Notes under the pieces: generated by a model
Database searches by the model: none
What the model saw: the letters and a program-made list of their open reading frames with translations, nothing else
Told to the model about the DNA's origin: nothing
Shown here: in pieces, positions 59,555 through 64,000 of the stretch
Layout: every line of letters starts with the position of its first letter
Position numbering within the stretch: the stretch's first letter is position 1
Source: Thraustochytrium aureum
Lineage: Eukaryota
DNA: 64,000 bases
Assembly (NCBI GenBank): GCA_012862495.1
Contig: BLSG01000078.1
Location: forward strand, 39,063-103,062
Direction of reading: 5' to 3'
Program-made: the position numbers and the translations under genes

Positions 59555-62500
59555 CTACTTTTCAATCCGCATGTCAAAGTGCCCCTTCGGCCCCTGGCCG
59601 CGCGGGCCTCGCCGCTCGGGCTCCATGGTTCGGTGCACTGATCGCGTAGCACCCACACCACCCTCTTTCCCTGTCAGTCGCGAAGACGACCGAGGCGACG
59701 CAGGCCTGCGAGGATCTCGCGCCGAGTTAACGAGGCCTGGGTATGGGCGAGCCTCCGTTGTCTGGGCAGTCTGAGCAGTCGCATGGCCATGAATTCGCTT
59801 CGTGCGGAGGACAAACTCCACGGCATCTGCAATAATCTGCTGGCGCACTGGCTGCGCAAGCTGGCCAAAGTCTTTCGGAATGAATGCTGTCACAGCAAGG
59901 ACCCGCTCCAGCTGCGTCGGCGTCATCGTGTACTCAACCTGGGAGACTGGGGCGCGAAGCCCCGGGAGAGCCGCGCTCCGCGAAATCGGGAGAATATGGC
60001 GCTCGCCGCCGCCTCCCAGCACATGACTCGTCATAATCTTGCGCGGGTCAATGGCGCACAGTGCGGAACGTGTGACTGGGCCGCCCCCCTCCCCGACAGC
60101 GGCCCGTTCGACGAGAAACTCGACGTCTTGCACTGTGCGACCAAGAGCGCATTCTACGCTCTCGATTCTCTCGCGGTACATCTCAATGCGAAACGCGCTT
60201 AGAGTCCGCGCACGTTCGATCCATGTCCGGAGCAGGGGAGTCGCGCTACGCTCGTCCGGGAGAAGCTCCGCCAACCGGCCTCGGAGAACCGCGATGCGGA
60301 AGAGTGTGGCCCAGCCGCTCTGCGCGCGCTGGATGATCGCCTGTCGCGTCAACCGACACAGGACCGCAAACGCTGCCGCAGATTTGGAAGCTGCCCTTGA
60401 ACAGCAGCTGCACCGCTCGTGGCATTGTACTTGCGAACTGAGAGGCTGTCGTGGCGTGCGCCGAGGTTTGCCACAGTTGGCATGTGCGCCCTGCTTGGCC
60501 GCTGGCTCGTATCTGTCGTTGCCCTGGCATGCTTTTGCGCCCTTCCAACAGCGAGCACGACGTTTTCGAGCTCTTCGACTCGCGCGAGCAAGAGCTCGTT
60601 GACCTCCTGGAGCTTTTTGCTGGCATCTAGCTGCTTTTGCAACTGCTCCTTGAATGCAAACTCTGCCTTGAGGGTCGGCGAATAGCTCTCCAGCACTCTC
60701 GCCCCCCGAAGGCAGAGCTGCTTCCCCGGGCTCTGCTTCGCCGTTCTCACCGACGGCAGAGGCACGGATCGCGGTCTTTTCTTTAGCCGAGACCATGGAT
60801 GCCTTCGCGGAAGCGCTGTCATCAGCTCCATTCGTTTTCTGAGAAGCGTGGACGGACGCAACACTGCGCCGCACAGCGGCCTCGCGCTGCCGGAGGCGCT
60901 GCACAGCCTCCTCCCTAGTTTTCCGTTCGTTGTTGCGATCATCCTCAACCTGCACGATTCGAGCCTGGAGCTCCTGCTCACGGACGGCTGCGGCTCTGAG
61001 GTCCTCGCGCAGTTTTGCGATTTTGAACTTGAGCGTCGTGATCTCTGTTTCGAGCTTGGCCTGACCGGTGCCAAGGACAACGGTGGAAGACGGATTGCTC
61101 GACTTGCGCTGCCCCTTCCTCTGGGTCGCGCTTTTCCTCCGCTCTCCAGCGGCGGCGGTGGTCCCTTGGCTTGCTTCCAAGTCCAGCAATTTCTCACGGT
61201 AGAGGAGTTCCTCATTGATCTTGCGCAGCTGCTTAAGCTTGGCGTCTCTTTCTGCGAGCTGCTCGCGGAGGCCTGCCGCGAGACCGTCGGCGCGCTTGCA
61301 ACGCTGCTCGGTCTCAAACGCCCATGCGCTGCGCTCGTTTTCAAGCTGCACACGAAGCTGTTCGTGCAGTTTCTCTTTCTCCTCTTCGAACGAGCAGGAC
61401 TGTTCATGCGAGGCTGTTACGCTATGGAGAAGCGTTTTCTTCGCAGCAGCTGCTGCTTTGGCGCTCTCGTCCGTGGCTTCGCGAAGCTTGCTGCACTCGG
61501 CTTTGGCTTCGCAAAGCTTTTCCTGCCCAGATTGGACCTCGGCTTCCAGAATTGCGATCCGCTGCTGCCCCTCCTTGCACGACTCGCTCGCTTGTGCGAG
61601 CTCGCTCTTGGCCTGTTCAAGTTCTGCCTCGAGCACGTGGGCGAATTGCTTCGCGCTTGCTAGTTGGTCGTGTAGGTCCGAGATCTTTCCGCGGGCCCCT
61701 TTAAGCTCGTCTTGAAGGCCGATCAAGGCACCGAGCCTGCGATGCGACCGCGCCCCAACGTCGAGCGTGGGGCAGTTTGCATCTTGCGCTCCTTCGGTCG
61801 CCAACGGCGAAGGCTTGTCACCGTCCTTCGTATCCAAGTGTTGCGCTTGAGATTGCTGCAAGGGCTCCTCCGAGTCCCGTTGCGCGGCTTGGTCGATCTC
61901 GCGGACATCTTTCTCTGCTTCGCTTTCCTCAAGGATCCGGCCACCTGCCGAGCCCCCCTGACTTGAAAACCCTTTGGACCCTCTCGCTGCCGCGGCCTCC
62001 TGCTCGACATTTTCGAGTTCTTCCCTCAAGACTTGTTCAACAGATTCAAGTGTTGCCACGTGCGCTTGCAGCAGTTGAGCGTTCTGCAGTGCTCGGTCCC
62101 TTTCGCAGATCGCCGTGGACAATTCCAATGCTCTTTGCATGAGCTGCCCCTGCACTTCGACCAAGGAGGCCTGGTGCGCGTTAGCGCGCAACCTTTCGTT
62201 CTCCAACTTTGCTGCAATCGCGGGCAAAGTGGAGGTCTCGAGTTCTGCGATTCTCGCGAGCGCGTCATTGAGGGAGCACGCCAACGTCTCAGCATCTCGA
62301 GTTTGCAATGACAGCTGTTCAGGTGCGTGGCCCCCGGTTTCTGTGCCGCCGCCACGCTCGAGGATTCTGTCCTCCTTCCCTCCTTGCGCTTCGGGATGCG
62401 CAGCGCTCACGGCGTCGTTTGCGGCTTCGTTCTTTGAACTACTTTCCGCCGCTGGGACCTCAGCATCGTCGCTAGCTAAGCCAGTGCTTGACGCATCNNN

Positions 62501-64000
62501 NNNNNNNNNNNNNNNNNNNNNNNNNNNNNNNNNNNNNNNNNNNNNNNNNNNNNNNNNNNNNNNNNNNNNNNNNNNNNNNNNNNNNNNNNNNNNNNNNNNN
62601 NNNNNNNNNNNNNNNNNNNNNNNNNNNNNNNNNNNNNNNNNNNNNNNNNNNNNNNNNNNNNNNNNNNNNNNNNNNNNNNNNNNNNNNNNNNNNNNNNNNN
62701 NNNNNNNNNNNNNNNNNNNNNNNNNNNNNNNNNNNNNNNNNNNNNNNNNNNNNNNNNNNNNNNNNNNNNNNNNNNNNNNNNNNNNNNNNNNNNNNNNNNN
62801 NNNNNNNNNNNNNNNNNNNNNNNNNNNNNNNNNNNNNNNNNNNNNNNNAGGTCGCTACTGGACGGTTGAGGGCAGGGCGACGACATCGGTGCGGAACTTG
62901 AGCTCTATCTCTCTCGAAAGCATCGCTTCAGCGCTCCCCTCGCTGAGGTCTATGAACTGCTCAAGCTGGCGAATATTCGCCTCGAGCTTTTTAGTGAGGA
63001 TCTCGCGCTGCTGGCGCAGTCGCGCCTGGAGCTTCTCTTCGAACTCGAGCTCGAAAGCGACCAGGCGGTCCCCGAGCTCTTTATTTTCGGCCTGCAGGGC
63101 CAGCGTTTCTGCGCTGTCTTGTTCGCGGGTCTTGAGGACGACGCGCCCTGCAGCTTGCGCGATGCTCTGCTCAGCCGCTTTTCGTCGCAGCAACGAGCGC
63201 ACCTCATCGAGCTCGGTCTCTAGAGCGTTTTCGCGCTCAAGCAGACCCGACGAGACCTCAACCATCTCGAGATGCTTGTGCTTGATGCTCTCGATTACTG
63301 CTCTTGCATCTTCAAGCGCTCTCTCTTTGGCGCGCGAGTCGCGAACGAGCGCGTCGATGCGATTCTCGAGGAAGGCCCTGTCGTGTTCGTTTAAAGCCGT
63401 AGACGAGGTAACCTTGCTCGCACCTTCACTCTCGTCTTGCACGGCGTGCGATGCACCGTCGCGCTGGCCCTGCTGGTGCTCGACTTGTGCTTGTGCGCCA
63501 TGGCCCGGGGCCATGTCGGCTTGCTCAGGTGGGGCGTCGAATTGTCCGTCTTCTTCCTCGCTCCCCTCATCCGCAAAATCGGACTTGGAAACGGCGAATG
63601 AGTTGTCTCGTTGCTCTCTCCGGCGCACCCTTTTATGGCTTGCGTTCTTGTGCTTGGCCAGCTTGCCGTTCCCCGATGCCACGATTTGCGCAGGGCGCCT
63701 CTTCGGGGCCGAATCGGCTTTGGCGCTAGCTGCGGCCACGGCAGCTGTGAGGCCCTCCACGGTCGCCTCAAGCTCTTTGATGCGCTTTTGCAAAGCGTCA
63801 GGCTCGCCAGGCCTCAGCGCGCTGGCGCTCGACGGGCCCAGGTCTTGAAGGTTCGGGGAAGGCGCTTGTGCAACCGCTTGGCCGCCGGGCGAGTCGGCGG
63901 CGAGCGGCTCTTCTTGGCTTTCGCCCGAGGTGATCGAGAGGCGGCGCACGGCCTCGGGCATCTTGCTCATCAGGCTTATCTCGCGTCGCTTAATCTCGTT
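59555..64000 (-). CDS. Long coiled-coil protein (frame open to window end; gap 62498-62848; frameshift near 60680; 3' structure uncertain)
   Basis: E/Q/L/A/K-rich heptad ORFs lie at 62855-63970 and about 60680-62497. The frame continues as LKAEFAFKEQLQKQLDASKKLQE in a shifted frame. Confidence 0.7.

Noticed and set aside
1..64000. Frequent frameshifts read as pseudogenisation, programmed frameshifting or RNA editing
   Set aside because: They affect essential genes (kinesin-5, NCBP1). Those I inspected lie at short homopolymer runs (e.g. 135-138, ~14590, ~15895, ~21595), and the assembly is heavily gapped, so indel sequencing errors are the simpler explanation.

Overview
Gene-dense, GC-rich eukaryotic nuclear DNA from a gapped draft assembly with about 20 N-runs. 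Short GT-AG introns, kinesin-5, NCBP1, MED7, YOS1 and a Pol III tRNA-Ser show it is eukaryotic. The large IQ/WW/B-box and WW/ankyrin proteins point to a protist, probably a stramenopile such as a thraustochytrid (inference only). Many genes are split by single-base frameshifts, often at homopolymer runs; because these also hit essential genes, they look like sequencing errors. Most of the window is housekeeping genes. The most notable locus is a >6 kb gene (about 11.5-18.2 kb). Once its frames are joined, it encodes a polytopic membrane protein fused to a PelF/DUF3492-type GT4 glycosyltransferase domain, making it a candidate Pel/galactosaminogalactan-like exopolysaccharide synthase. Also of note are two tandem Golgi-type sulfotransferase paralogs that both have an altered 3'-phosphate-binding motif, a eukaryotic LpxA-like gene, and a ~45-bp non-coding element present in three dispersed copies. 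All family assignments come from recognising motifs by eye; no database searches were run.
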